In this document: positions 33,390-50,500 of the stretch, in pieces | Numbering within the stretch: the stretch's first letter is position 1 | Layout: each line of letters begins with the position of its first letter | NCBI RefSeq assembly: GCF_009914755.1 | Contig: NC_060937.1 | Length of the DNA: 64,000 nt | Reading direction: 5' to 3' (one strand) | From: the human T2T-CHM13v2.0 reference genome, Homo sapiens | Translations under genes and position numbers: made by a program | The notes under the pieces: generated by a model | What the model was told of the DNA's origin: nothing | The model's database searches: none | The model's input: only the letters and a program-made list of their open reading frames with translations

Positions 33390-34010
33390 TACATAAAATA
33401 TGAAAGTACATCAAATATAGATTATACACTGTACATAAAATATCAAAGTACCCCAAATATATATTATATACTCTACATGAAATATCAAAGTTCACAAACT
33501 ATATATTATATACTGTACATAAAATAAAGTCCCCAAGGTATATATTCTATACTGTAGAAAAAATATCAAAGTACCCAAAGCATGTATTATATACTGTATA
33601 TAAAATATGAAAGTACATCAAATATATATTTTATTCTGTACATAAAATATCAAAGTACACCAGATATATATTCTATAGTGTACATAAAATATCAAAGTAC
33701 CCAAACTATACATTATATACTGTACATAAAATATGAAATTACATCAAATATATATTATATTAGGTACATAAAATATGAAAGTACATCAAATATAGATTAT
33801 ACACTGTACATAAAATATCAAAGTACCCCAAATATATATTATATACTCTACATGAAATATCAAAGTTCACAAACTATATATTCTATACTGTACATAAAAT
33901 AAAGTCCCCAAGGTATATATTCTATACTGTAGAAAAAATATCAAAGTACCCAAAGCATGTATTATATACTGTATATAAAATATGAAAGTACATCAAATAT
34001 ATATTTTATT
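33390..34010 (+). repeat. Tandem duplication of one 375-bp HOR variant
   Basis: GATTATACACTG, AAAATAAAGTCCCCAAGG and CTGTAGAAAAA each occur twice, 375 bp apart (ORF ends 33527/33902). Confidence 0.85.
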
Positions 34011-35599
34011 CCGTACATAATATATCAAAGTACACCAGAAATATATTCTATAGTGTACATAAAATAACAAAGTACAAAAACTATAAATTATATACTGTAC
34101 ATAAAATATGAAATTACATCAAATATATATTAGGTACATAAAATATGAAAGTACATCAAATATAGATTATATACTGTACATAAAATTTCAATGTACCCCA
34201 AATATATATTTTATACTCTACATGAAATATCAAAGTTCACAAACCATATATTATATACTGTACATAAAATATCCAAGTACCCAAGGTATATATTCTATAC
34301 TATACAAAAAATATCAAAGTACCCAAAGCATGTATTATATACTGTACCTAAAATATGAAAGTACATCAAATATATATTTTATTCTGTACATAAAATATCA
34401 AAGTACACCAGATATATATTCTATAGTGTACATAAAATATCAAAGTACCCAAACTATACATTATATACTGTAAATAAAATATGAAATTACATCAAATATA
34501 TTTTATATTAGGTACATAAAATATGAAAGTACATCAAATATAGATTATATACTGTACATTAAATACCAAAGTACCCCAAATATATATTTTATACTGTACA
34601 TGAAATATCAAAGTTCACAAACTATATATTATATACTGTACATAAATTATCAAAGTACCCAAGGTATATATTCTATACTGTACAAAAAATATCAAAGTAC
34701 CCAAAGCATGTATTATATACTGTACATAAAATATGAAAGTACATCAAATATATATTTTATTCTGTACATAATATATCAAAGTACACCAGATATATATTCT
34801 ATAGTGTACATAAAATAACAAAGTACAGAAACTATACATTATATACTGTACATAAAATATGAAATTACATCAAATATATATTAGGTACATAAAATATGAA
34901 AGTACATCAAATATAGATTATATACTGTACATAAAATATCAATGTACCCCAAATATATATTTTATACTATACATGAAATATCAAAGTTCACAAACCATAT
35001 ATTGTATACTGTACATAAAATATCAAAGTACCCAAGGTATATGTTCTATACTGTACAAAAAATATCAAAGTACCCAAAGCATGTATTATATACTGTACAT
35101 AAAATATGAAAGTACATCAAATATATATTTTATTCCGTTCATAAAATATCAAAGTACACCAGATATATATTCTATAGTGTACATAAAATATCAAAGTACA
35201 CAAACTATACATTATATACTGTACATAAAATATGAAATTACATCAAATATATATTATATAAGGTACACAAAATATGAAAGTACATCAAATATAGATTATA
35301 TACTGTACATTAAATACCAAAGAACCCCAAATATATATTATATACTCTACATGAAATATTAAAGTTCACAAACTATATATTATATACTGTACATAAAATA
35401 TCAAAGTACCCAAGGTATATATTCTATACTGTACAAAAAATATCAAAGTACCCAAAGCATGTATTATATACTGTATATAAAATATGAAAGTACATCAAAT
35501 ATATATTTTATTCTGTACATAAAATATCAAAGTACACCAGATATATATTCTATAGTGTACATAAAATATCAAAGTACCCAAACTATACATTATATACTG

Positions 35600-38500
35600 T
35601 ACATAAAATATGAAATTACATGAAATATATATTATATTAGGTACATAAAATATGAAAGTACATCAAATATAGATTATGTACTCTACATTAAATACGAAAG
35701 TACCCCAAATATATATTATATACTCTAAAAGAAATATCAAAGTTCACAAACTATATATTATATACTGTACATAAAATATCAAAGTACCCAAGGTATATAT
35801 TCTATACTGTACAAAAATATCAAAGTACCCAAAGCGTGTATTATGTACTGTATATAAAATATGAAAGTACATCAAATATATATTTTATTCTGTACATAAA
35901 ATATCAAAGTACACCAGATATATATTCTATAGTGTACATAAAATAACAAAGTACACAAACTATACATTATATACTGTACATAAAATATGAAATTACATCA
36001 AATATATATTATATTAGGTACATAAAATATGAAAGCACATCAAATATAGATTATATACTGTACATAAAATATCAAAGTACCCCAAATATATATTATATAC
36101 TCTACATGAAATATCAAAGTTCACAAACTATATATTATATACTGTACATAAAATAAAGTCCCCAAGGTATATATTCTATACTGTAGAGAAAATATCAAAG
36201 TACCCAAAGCATGTATTATATACTGTATATAAAATATGAAAGTACATCAAATATATATTTTATTCTGTACATAATATATCAAAGTACACCAGATATATAT
36301 TCTATAGTGTACATAAAATAACAAAGTACAAAAACTATAAATTATATACTGTACATAAAATATGAAATTACATCAAATATATATTAGGTACATAAAATAT
36401 GAAAGTACATCAAATATAGATTATATACTGTACATAAAATTTCAATGTACCCCAAATATATATTTTATACTCGACATGAAATATCAAAGTTCACAAACCA
36501 TATAATATATACTGTACATAAAATATCAAAGTACCCAAGGTATATATTCTATACTGTACAAAAAATATCAAAGTACCCAAAGCATGTATTATATACTGTA
36601 CATAAAATATGAAAGTACATCAAATATATATTTTATTCTGTACATAAAATATCAAAGTACACCAGATATATATTCTATAGTGTACATAAAATATCAAAGT
36701 ACCCAAACTATACATTATATACTGTACATAAAATATGAAATTACATCAAATATATATTAGGTACATAAAATATGAAAGTACATCAAATATAGATTATATA
36801 GTGTACATTAAATATCAAAGTACCCCAAATATATATTATATACTCTACATGAAATATCAAAGTTCACAAACCATATATTATATACTGTACATAAAATATC
36901 AAGGTACCCAAGGTATATATTCTATACTGTACAAAAAATATCAAAGTACCCAAAGCATGTATTATATACTGTACATAAAATATGAAAGTACATCAAATAT
37001 ATATTTTATTCTGTACATAAAATATCAAAGTACACCAGATATATATTCTATAGTGTACATAAAATATCAAAGTACCCAAACTATACATTATATACTGTAC
37101 ATAAAATATGAAATTACATCAAATTTATATTATATTAGGTACATAAAATATGAAAGTACATCAAATATAGATTATATACTGTATAATAAAAATACCAAAG
37201 TACCCCAAATATATATTTTATACTGTACATGAAATATCAAAGTTCACAAACTATATATTATATACTGTACATAAAATATCAAAGTACCCAACGTATATAT
37301 TCTATACTGTACAAAAAATTTCGAAGTACCCAAAACATGTATTATATACTGTACATAAAATATGAAAGTACAACAAATATATATTTTATTCCGTACATAA
37401 AATATCAAAGTACACCAGATATATATTCTATAGCGTACATAAAATATCAAAGTGCACAAACTATACATTATATACTGTACATAAAATATGAAATTACATG
37501 AAATATATATTATATTAGGTACATAAAATATGAAAGTACATCAAATATAGATTATATACTCTACATTAAATACGAAAGTACCCCAAATATATATTATATA
37601 CTCTAAAAGAAATATCAAAGTTCACAAACTATATATTATATACTGTACATAAAATATCAAAGTACCCAAGGTATATATTCTATACTGTACAAAAATATCA
37701 AAGTACCCAAAGCGTGTATTATGTACTGTATATAAAATATGAAAGTACATCAAATATATATTTTATTCTGTACATAAAATATCAAAGTACACCAGATATA
37801 TATTCTATAGTGTACATAAAATAACAAAGTACACAAACTATACATTATATACTGTACATAAAATATGAAATTACATCAAATATATATTAGGTACATAAAA
37901 TATGAAAGTACATCAAATATAGATTATATACTCTACATAAAATATCAATGTACCCCAAATATATATTTTATACTCTACATGAAATATCAAAGTTCACAAA
38001 CCATATATTATATACTGTCCATAAAATATCAAAGTACCCAAGGTATATATTCTATACTATACAAAAAATATCAAGGTACCCAAAGCATGTATTATATACT
38101 GTACCTAAAATATGAAAGTACATCAAATATATATTTTATTCTGTACATAAAATAACAAAGTACACCAGATATATATTCTATACTGTACATAAAATAACAA
38201 AGTACAAATACTATAAATTATATACTGTACATAAAATATGAAATTACATCAAATATATATTAGGTACATAAAATATGAAAGTACATCAAATATAGATTAT
38301 ATAGTGTACATATAATATCAAAGTACCCCAAATATATATTATATACTCTACATGAAATATCAAAGTTCACAAACCATATATTATATACTGTACATAAAAT
38401 ATCAAGGTACCCAAGGTATATATTCTATACTGTACAAAAAATATCAAAGTACCCAAAGCATGTATTATATACTGTACATAAAATATGAAAGTACATCAAA

Positions 38501-41500
38501 TATATATTTTATTCTGTACATAAAATATCAAAGTACACCAGATATATATTCTATAGTGTACATAAAATATCAAAGTACCCAAACTATACATTATATACTG
38601 TACATAAAATATGAAATTACATCAAATTTATATTATATTAGGTACATAAAATATGAAAGTACATCAAATATAGATTATATACTGTATAATAAAAATACCA
38701 AAGTACCCCAAATATATATTTTATACTGTACATGAAATATCAAAGTTCACAAACTATATATTATATACTGTACATAAAATATCAAAGTACCCAACGTATA
38801 TATTCTATACTGTACAAAAAATTTCGAAGTACCCAAAACATGTATTATATACTGTACATAAAATATGAAAGTACAACAAATATATATTTTATTCCGTACA
38901 TAAAATATCAAAGTACACCAGATATATATTCTATAGCGTACATAAAATATCAAAGTGCACAAACTATACATTATATACTGTACATAAAATATGAAATTAC
39001 ATGAAATATATATTATATTAGGTACATAAAATATGAAAGTACATCAAATATAGATTATATACTCTACATTAAATACGAAAGTACCCCAAATATATATTAT
39101 ATACTCTAAAAGAAATATCAAAGTTCACAAACTATATATTATATACTGTACATAAAATATCAAAGTACCCAAGGTATATATTCTATACTGTACAAAAATA
39201 TCAAAGTACCCAAAGCGTGTATTATGTACTGTATATAAAATATGAAAGTACATCAAATATATATTTTATTCTGTACATAAAATATCAAAGTACACCAGAT
39301 ATATATTCTATAGTGTACATAAAATAACAAAGTACACAAACTATACATTATATACTGTACATAAAATATGAAATTACATCAAATATATATTAGGTACATA
39401 AAATATGAAAGTACATCAAATATAGATTATATACTCTACATAAAATATCAATGTACCCCAAATATATATTTTATACTCTACATGAAATATCAAAGTTCAC
39501 AAACCATATATTATATACTGTCCATAAAATATCAAAGTACCCAAGGTATATATTCTATACTATACAAAAAATATCAAGGTACCCAAAGCATGTATTATAT
39601 ACTGTACCTAAAATATGAAAGTACATCAAATATATATTTTATTCTGTACATAAAATAACAAAGTACACCAGATATATATTCTATAGTGTACATAAAATAA
39701 CAAAGTACAAATACTATAAATTATATACTGTACATAAAATATGAAATTACATCAAATATATATTAGGTACATAAAATATGAAAGTACATCAAATATAGAT
39801 TATATACTGTACATATAATATCAAAGTACCCCAAATATATATTTTTACTCTACATGGAATATCAAAGTTCACAAACCATATATTATATACTGTACATAAA
39901 ATATCAAGGTACCCAAGGTATATATTCTATACTGTACAAAAAATATCAAAGTACCCAAAGCATGTATTATATACTGTACATAAAATATGAAAGTACATCA
40001 AATATATATTTTATTCTGTACATAAAATATCAAAGTACACCAGATATATATTCTATAGTGTACATAAAATATCAAAGTACCCAAACTATACATTATATAC
40101 TGTACATAAAATATGAAATTACATCAAATTTATATTATATTAGGTACATAAAATATGAAAGTACATCAAATATAGATTATATACTGTATAATAAAAATAC
40201 CAAAGTACCCCAAATATATATTTTATACTGTACATGAAATATCAAAGTTCACAAACTATATATTATATACTGTACATAAAATATCAAAGTACCCAACGTA
40301 TATATTCTATACTGTACAAAAAATTTCGAAGTACCCAAAACATGTATTATATACTGTACATAAAATATGAAAGTACAACAAATATATATTTTATTCCGTA
40401 CATAAAATATCAAAGTACACCAGATATATATTCTATAGCGTACATAAAATATCAAAGTGCACAAACTATACATTATATACTGTACATAAAATATGAAATT
40501 ACATGAAATATATATTATATTAGGTACATAAAATATGAAAGTACATCAAATATAGATTATATACTCTACATTAAATACGAAAGTACCCCAAATATATATT
40601 ATATACTCTAAAAGAAATATCAAAGTTCACAAACTATATATTATATACTGTACATAAAATATCAAATTACCCAAGGTATATATTCTATACTGTACAAAAA
40701 TATCAAAGTACCCAAAGCGTGTATTATGTACTGTATATAAAATATGAAAGTACATCAAATATATATTTTATTCTGTACATAAAATATCAAAGTACACCAG
40801 ATATATATTCTATAGTGTACATAAAATAACAAAGTACACAAACTATACATTATATACTGTACATAAAATATGAAATTACATCAAATATATATTATATTAG
40901 GTACATAAAATATGAAAGCACATCAAATATAGATTATATACTGTACATAAAATATCAAAGTACCCCAAATATATATTATATACTCTACATGAAATATCAA
41001 AGTTCACAAACTATATATTATATACTGTACATAAAATAAAGTCCCCAAGGTATATATTCTATACTGTAGAGAAAATATCAAAGTACCCAAAGCATGTATT
41101 ATATACTGTATATAAAATATGAAAGTACATCAAATATATATTTTATTCTGTACATAATATATCAAAGTACACCAGATATATATTCTATAGTGTACATAAA
41201 ATAACAAAGTACAAAAACTATAAATTATATACTGTACATAAAATATGAAATTACATCAAATATATATTAGGTACATAAAATATGAAAGTACATCAAATAT
41301 AGATTATATACTGTACATAAAATTTCAATGTACCCCAAATATATATTTTATACTCGACATGAAATATCAAAGTTCACAAACCATATAATATATACTGTAC
41401 ATAAAATATCAAAGTACCCAAGGTATATATTCTATACTGTACAAAAAATATCAAAGTACCCAAAGCATGTATTATATACTGTACATAAAATATGAAAGTA

Positions 41501-44500
41501 CATCAAATATATATTTTATTCTGTACATAAAATATCAAAGTACACCAGATATATATTCTATAGTGTACATAAAATATCAAAGTACCCAAACTATACATTA
41601 TATACTGTACATAAAATATGAAATTACATCAAATATATATTATATTAGGTACATAAAATATGAAAGTACATCAAATATAGATTATATAGTGTACATAAAA
41701 TATCAAAGTACCCCAAATATATATTATATACTCTACATGAAATATCAAAGTTCACAAACTATATATTATATACTGTACATAAAATATCAAAGTACCCAAG
41801 GTATATATTCTATACTGTACAAAAAATATCAAAGTACCCAAAGCATGTATTATATACTGTACATAAAATATGAAAGTACATCAAATATATATTTTATTCT
41901 GTACATAAAATATCAAAGTACACCAGATATATATTCTATAGTGTACATAAAATATCAAAGTACCCAAACTATACATTATATACTGTACATAAAATATGAA
42001 ATTACATCAAATTTATATTATATTAGGTACATAAAATATGAAAGTACATCAAATATAGATTATATACTGTATAATAAAAATACCAAAGTACCCCAAATAT
42101 ATATTTTATACTGTACATGAAATATCAAAGTTCACAAACTATATATTATATACTGTACATAAAATATCAAAGTACCCAACGTATATATTCTATACTGTAC
42201 AAAAAATTTCGAAGTACCCAAAACATGTATTATATACTGTACATAAAATATGAAAGTACAACAAATATATATTTTATTCCGTACATAAAATATCAAAGTA
42301 CACCAGATATATATTCTATAGCGTACATAAAATATCAAAGTGCACAAACTATACATTATATACTGTACATAAAATATGAAATTACATGAAATATATATTA
42401 TATTAGGTACATAAAATATGAAAGTACATCAAATATAGATTATATACTCTACATTAAATACGAAAGTACCCCAAATATATATTATATACTCTAAAAGAAA
42501 TATCAAAGTTCACAAACTATATATTATATACTGTACATAAAATATCAAAGTACCCAAGGTATATATTCTATACTGTACAAAAATATCAAAGTACCCAAAG
42601 CGTGTATTATGTACTGTATATAAAATATGAAAGTACATCAAATATATATTTTATTCTGTACATAAAATATCAAAGTACACCAGATATATATTCTATAGTG
42701 TACATAAAATAACAAAGTACACAAACTATACATTATATACTGTACATAAAATATGAAATTACATCAAATATATATTAGGTACATAAAATATGAAAGTACA
42801 TCAAATATAGATTATATACTCTACATAAAATATCAATGTACCCCAAATATATATTTTATACTCTACATGAAATATCAAAGTTCACAAACCATATATTATA
42901 TACTGTCCATAAAATATCAAAGTACCCAAGGTATATATTCTATACTATACAAAAAATATCAAGGTACCCAAAGCATGTATTATATACTGTACCTAAAATA
43001 TGAAAGTACATCAAATATATATTTTATTCTGTACATAAAATAACAAAGTACACCAGATATATATTCTATAGTGTACATAAAATAACAAAGTACAAATACT
43101 ATAAATTATATACTGTACATAAAATATGAAATTACATCAAATATATATTAGGTACATAAAATATGAAAGTACATCAAATATAGATTATATACTGTACATA
43201 TAATATCAAAGTACCCCAAATATATATTTTTACTCTACATGGAATATCAAAGTTCACAAACCATATATTATATACTGTACATAAAATATCAAGGTACCCA
43301 AGGTATATATTCTATACTGTACAAAAAATATCAAAGTACCCAAAGCATGTATTATATACTGTACATAAAATATGAAAGTACATCAAATATATATTTTATT
43401 CTGTACATAAAATATCAAAGTACACCAGATATATATTCTATAGTGTACATAAAATATCAAAGTACCCAAACTATACATTATATACTGTACATAAAATATG
43501 AAATTACATCAAATTTATATTATATTAGGTACATAAAATATGAAAGTACATCAAATATAGATTATATACTGTATAATAAAAATACCAAAGTACCCCAAAT
43601 ATATATTTTATACTGTACATGAAATATCAAAGTTCACAAACTATATATTATATACTGTACATAAAATATCAAAGTACCCAACGTATATATTCTATACTGT
43701 ACAAAAAATTTCGAAGTACCCAAAACATGTATTATATACTGTACATAAAATATGAAAGTACAACAAATATATATTTTATTCCGTACATAAAATATCAAAG
43801 TACACCAGATATATATTCTATAGCGTACATAAAATATCAAAGTGCACAAACTATACATTATATACTGTACATAAAATATGAAATTACATGAAATATATAT
43901 TATATTAGGTACATAAAATATGAAAGTACATCAAATATAGATTATATACTCTACATTAAATACGAAAGTACCCCAAATATATATTATATACTCTAAAAGA
44001 AATATCAAAGTTCACAAACTATATATTATATACTGTACATAAAATATCAAAGTACCCAAGGTATATATTCTATACTGTACAAAAATATCAAAGTACCCAA
44101 AGCGTGTATTATGTACTGTATATAAAATATGAAAGTACATCAAATATATATTTTATTCTGTACATAAAATATCAAAGTACACCAGATATATATTCTATAG
44201 TGTACATAAAATAACAAAGTACACAAACTATACATTATATACTGTACATAAAATATGAAATTACATCAAATATATATTATATTAGGTACATAAAATATGA
44301 AAGCACATCAAATATAGATTATATACTGTACATAAAATATCAAAGTACCCCAAATATATATTATATACTCTACATGAAATATCAAAGTTCACAAACTATA
44401 TATTATATACTGTACATAAAATAAAGTCCCCAAGGTATATATTCTATACTGTAGAGAAAATATCAAAGTACCCAAAGCATGTATTATATACTGTATATAA

Positions 44501-47500
44501 AATATGAAAGTACATCAAATATATATTTTATTCTGTACATAATATATCAAAGTACACCAGATATATATTCTATAGTGTACATAAAATAACAAAGTACAAA
44601 AACTATAAATTATATACTGTACATAAAATATGAAATTACATCAAATATATATTAGGTACATAAAATATGAAAGTACATCAAATATAGATTATATACTGTA
44701 CATAAAATTTCAATGTACCCCAAATATATATTTTATACTCGACATGAAATATCAAAGTTCACAAACCATATAATATATACTGTACATAAAATATCAAAGT
44801 ACCCAAGGTATATATTCTATACTGTACAAAAAATATCAAAGTACCCAAAGCATGTATTATATACTGTACATAAAATATGAAAGTACATCAAATATATATT
44901 TTATTCTGTACATAAAATATCAAAGTACACCAGATATATATTCTATAGTGTACATAAAATATCAAAGTACCCAAACTATACATTATATACTGTACATAAA
45001 ATATGAAATTACATCAAATATATATTATATTAGGTACATAAAATATGAAAGTACATCAAATATAGATTATATAGTGTACATAAAATATCAAAGTACCCCA
45101 AATATATATTATATACTCTACATGAAATATCAAAGTTCACAAACTATATATTATATACTGTACATAAAATATCAAGGTACCCAAGGTATATATTCTATAC
45201 TGTACAAAAAATATCAAAGTACCCAAAGCATGTATTATATACTGTACATAAAATATGAAAGTACATCAAATATATATTTTATTCTGTACATAAAATATCA
45301 AAGTACACCAGATATATATTCTATAGTGTACATAAAATATCAAAGTACCCAAACTATACATTATATACTGTACATAAAATATGAAATTACATCAAATTTA
45401 TATTATATTAGGTACATAAAATATGAAAGTACATCAAATATAGATTATATACTGTATAATAAAAATACCAAAGTACCCCAAATATATATTTTATACTGTA
45501 CATGAAATATCAAAGTTCACAAACTATATATTATATACTGTACATAAAATATCAAAGTACCCAACGTATATATTCTATACTGTACAAAAAATTTCGAAGT
45601 ACCCAAAACATGTATTATATACTGTACATAAAATATGAAAGTACAACAAATATATATTTTATTCCGTACATAAAATATCAAAGTACACCAGATATATATT
45701 CTATAGCGTACATAAAATATCAAAGTGCACAAACTATACATTATATACTGTACATAAAATATGAAATTACATGAAATATATATTATATTAGGTACATAAA
45801 ATATGAAAGTACATCAAATATAGATTATATACTCTACATTAAATACGAAAGTACCCCAAATATATATTATATACTCTAAAAGAAATATCAAAGTTCACAA
45901 ACTATATATTATATACTGTACATAAAATATCAAAGTACCCAAGGTATATATTCTATACTGTACAAAAATATCAAAGTACCCAAAGCGTGTATTATGTACT
46001 GTATATAAAATATGAAAGTACATCAAATATATATTTTATTCTGTACATAAAATATCAAAGTACACCAGATATATATTCTATAGTGTACATAAAATAACAA
46101 AGTACACAAACTATACATTATATACTGTACATAAAATATGAAATTACATCAAATATATATTAGGTACATAAAATATGAAAGTACATCAAATATAGATTAT
46201 ATACTCTACATAAAATATCAATGTACCCCAAATATATATTTTATACTCTACATGAAATATCAAAGTTCACAAACCATATATTATATACTGTCCATAAAAT
46301 ATCAAAGTACCCAAGGTATATATTCTATACTATACAAAAAATATCAAGGTACCCAAAGCATGTATTATATACTGTACCTAAAATATGAAAGTACATCAAA
46401 TATATATTTTATTCTGTACATAAAATAACAAAGTACACCAGATATATATTCTATAGTGTACATAAAATAACAAAGTACAAATACTATAAATTATATACTG
46501 TACATAAAATATGAAATTACATCAAATATATATTAGGTACATAAAATATGAAAGTACATCAAATATAGATTATATACTGTACATATAATATCAAAGTACC
46601 CCAAATATATATTTTTACTCTACATGGAATATCAAAGTTCACAAACCATATATTATATACTGTACATAAAATATCAAGGTACCCAAGGTATATATTCTAT
46701 ACTGTACAAAAAATATCAAAGTACCCAAAGCATGTATTATATACTGTACATAAAATATGAAAGTACATCAAATATATATTTTATTCTGTACATAAAATAT
46801 CAAAGTACACCAGATATATATTCTATAGTGTACATAAAATATCAAAGTACCCAAACTATACATTATATACTGTACATAAAATATGAAATTACATCAAATT
46901 TATATTATATTAGGTACATAAAATATGAAAGTACATCAAATATAGATTATATACTGTATAATAAAAATACCAAAGTACCCCAAATATATATTTTATACTG
47001 TACATGAAATATCAAAGTTCACAAACTATATATTATATACTGTACATAAAATATCAAAGTACCCAACGTATGTATTCTATACTGTACAAAAAATTTCGAA
47101 GTACCCAAAACATGTATTATATACTGTACATAAAATATGAAAGTACAACAAATATATATTTTATTCCGTACATAAAATATCAAAGTACACCAGATATATA
47201 TTCTATAGCGTACATAAAATATCAAAGTGCACAAACTATACATTATATACTGTACATAAAATATGAAATTACATGAAATATATATTATATTAGGTACATA
47301 AAATATGAAAGTACATCAAATATAGATTATATACTCTACATTAAATACGAAAGTACCCCAAATATATATTATATACTCTAAAAGAAATATCAAAGTTCAC
47401 AAACTATATATTATATACTGTACATAAAATATCAAAGTACCCAAGGTATATATTCTATACTGTACAAAAATATCAAAGTACCCAAAGCGTGTATTATGTA

Positions 47501-50500
47501 CTGTATATAAAATATGAAAGTACATCAAATATATATTTTATTCTGTACATAAAATATCAAAGTACACCAGATATATATTCTATAGTGTACATAAAATAAC
47601 AAAGTACACAAACTATACATTATATACTGTACATAAAATATGAAATTACATCAAATATATATTATATTAGGTACATAAAATATGAAAGCACATCAAATAT
47701 AGATTATATACTGTACATAAAATATCAAAGTACCCCAAATATATATTATATACTCTACATGAAATATCAAAGTTCACAAACTATATATTATATACTGTAC
47801 ATAAAATAAAGTCCCCAAGGTATATATTCTATACTGTAGAGAAAATATCAAAGTACCCAAAGCATGTATTATATACTGTATATAAAATATGAAAGTACAT
47901 CAAATATATATTTTATTCTGTACATAATATATCAAAGTACACCAGATATATATTCTATAGTGTACATAAAATAACAAAGTACAAAAACTATAAATTATAT
48001 ACTGTACATAAAATATGAAATTACATCAAATATATATTAGGTACATAAAATATGAAAGTACATCAAATATAGATTATATACTGTACATAAAATTTCAATG
48101 TACCCCAAATATATATTTTATACTCGACATGAAATATCAAAGTTCACAAACCATATAATATATACTGTACATAAAATATCAAAGTACCCAAGGTATATAT
48201 TCTATACTGTACAAAAAATATCAAAGTACCCAAAGCATGTATTATATACTGTACATAAAATATGAAAGTACATCAAATATATATTTTATTCTGTACATAA
48301 AATATCAAAGTACACCAGATATATATTCTATAGTGTACATAAAATATCAAAGTACCCAAACTATACATTATATACTGTACATAAAATATGAAATTACATC
48401 AAATTTATATTATATTAGGTACATAAAATATGAAAGTACATCAAATATAGATTATATACTGTATAATAAAAATACCAAAGTACCCCAAATATATATTTTA
48501 TACTGTACATGAAATATCAAAGTTCACAAACTATATATTATATACTGTACATAAAATATCAAAGTACCCAACGTATATATTCTATACTGTACAAAAAATA
48601 TCAAAGTACCCAAAACATGTATTATATACTGTACATAAAATATGAAAGTACATCAAATATATATTTTATTCTGTACATAAAATATCAAAGTACACCAGAT
48701 ATATATTCTATAGTGTACATAAAATATCAAAGTACCCAAACTATACATTATATACTGTACATAAAATATGAAATTACATCAAATTTATATTATATTAGGT
48801 ACATAAAATATGAAAGTACATCAAATATAGATTATATACTGTATAATAAAAATACCAAAGTACCCCAAATATATATTTTATACTGTACATGAAATATCAA
48901 AGTTCACAAACTATATATTATATACTGTACATAAAATATCAAAGTACCCAACGTATATATTCTATACTGTACAAAAAATTTCGAAGTACCCAAAACATGT
49001 ATTATATACTGTACATAAAATATGAAAGTACAACAAATATATATTTTATTCCGTACATAAATTATCAAAGTACACCAGATATATATTCTATAGCGTACAT
49101 AAAATATCAAAGTGCACAAACTATACATTATATACTGTACATAAAATATGAAATTACATGAAATATATATTATATTAGGTACATAAAATATGAAAGTACA
49201 TCAAATATAGATTATATACTCTACATTAAATACGAAAGTACCCCAAATATATATTATATACTCTAAAAGAAATATCAAAGTTCACAAACTATATATTATA
49301 TACTGTACATAAAATATCAAAGTACCCAAGGTATATATTCTATACTGTACAAAAATATCAAAGTACCCAAAGCGTGTATTATGTACTGTATATAAAATAT
49401 GAAAGTACATCAAATATATATTTTATTCTGTACATAAAATATCAAAGTACACCAGATATATATTCTATAGTGTACCTAAAATAACAAAGTACACAAACTA
49501 TACATTATATACTGTACATAAAATATGAAATTACATCAAATATATATTATATTAGGTACATAAAATATGAAAGCACATCAAATATAGATTATATACTGTA
49601 CATAAAATATCAAAGTACCCCAAATATATATTATATACTCTACATGAAATATCAAAATTCACAAACTATATATTATATACTGTACATAAAATAAAGTCCC
49701 CAAGGTATATATTCTATACTGTAGAGAAAATATCAAAGTACCCAAAGCATGTATTATATACTGTATATAAAATATGAAAGTACATCAAATATATATTTTA
49801 TTCTGTACATAATATATCAAAGTACACCAGATATATATTCTATAGTGTACATAAAATAACAAAGTACAAAAACTATAAATTATATACTGTACATAAAATA
49901 TGAAATTACATCAAATATATATTAGGTACATAAAATATGAAAGTACATCAAATATAGATTATATACTGTACATAAAATTTCAATGTACCCCAAATATATA
50001 TTTTATACTCGACATGAAATATCAAAGTTCACAAACCATATAATATATACTGTACATAAAATATCAAAGTACCCAAGGTATATATTCTATACTGTACAAA
50101 AAATATCAAAGTACCCAAAGCATGTATTATATACTGTACATAAAATATGAAAGTACATCAAATATATATTTTATTCTGTACATAAAATATCAAAGTACAC
50201 CAGATATATATTCTATAGTGTACATAAAATATCAAAGTACCCAAACTATACATTATATACTGTACATAAAATATGAAATTACATCAAATATATATTATAT
50301 TAGGTACATAAAATATGAAAGTACATCAAATATAGATTATATAGTGTACATAAAATATCAAAGTACCCCAAATATATATTATATACTCTACATGAAATAT
50401 CAAAGTTCACAAACTATATATTATATAGTGTACATAAAATATCAAAGTACCCAAGGTATATATTCTATACTATACAAAAAATATCAAAGTACCCAAAGCA

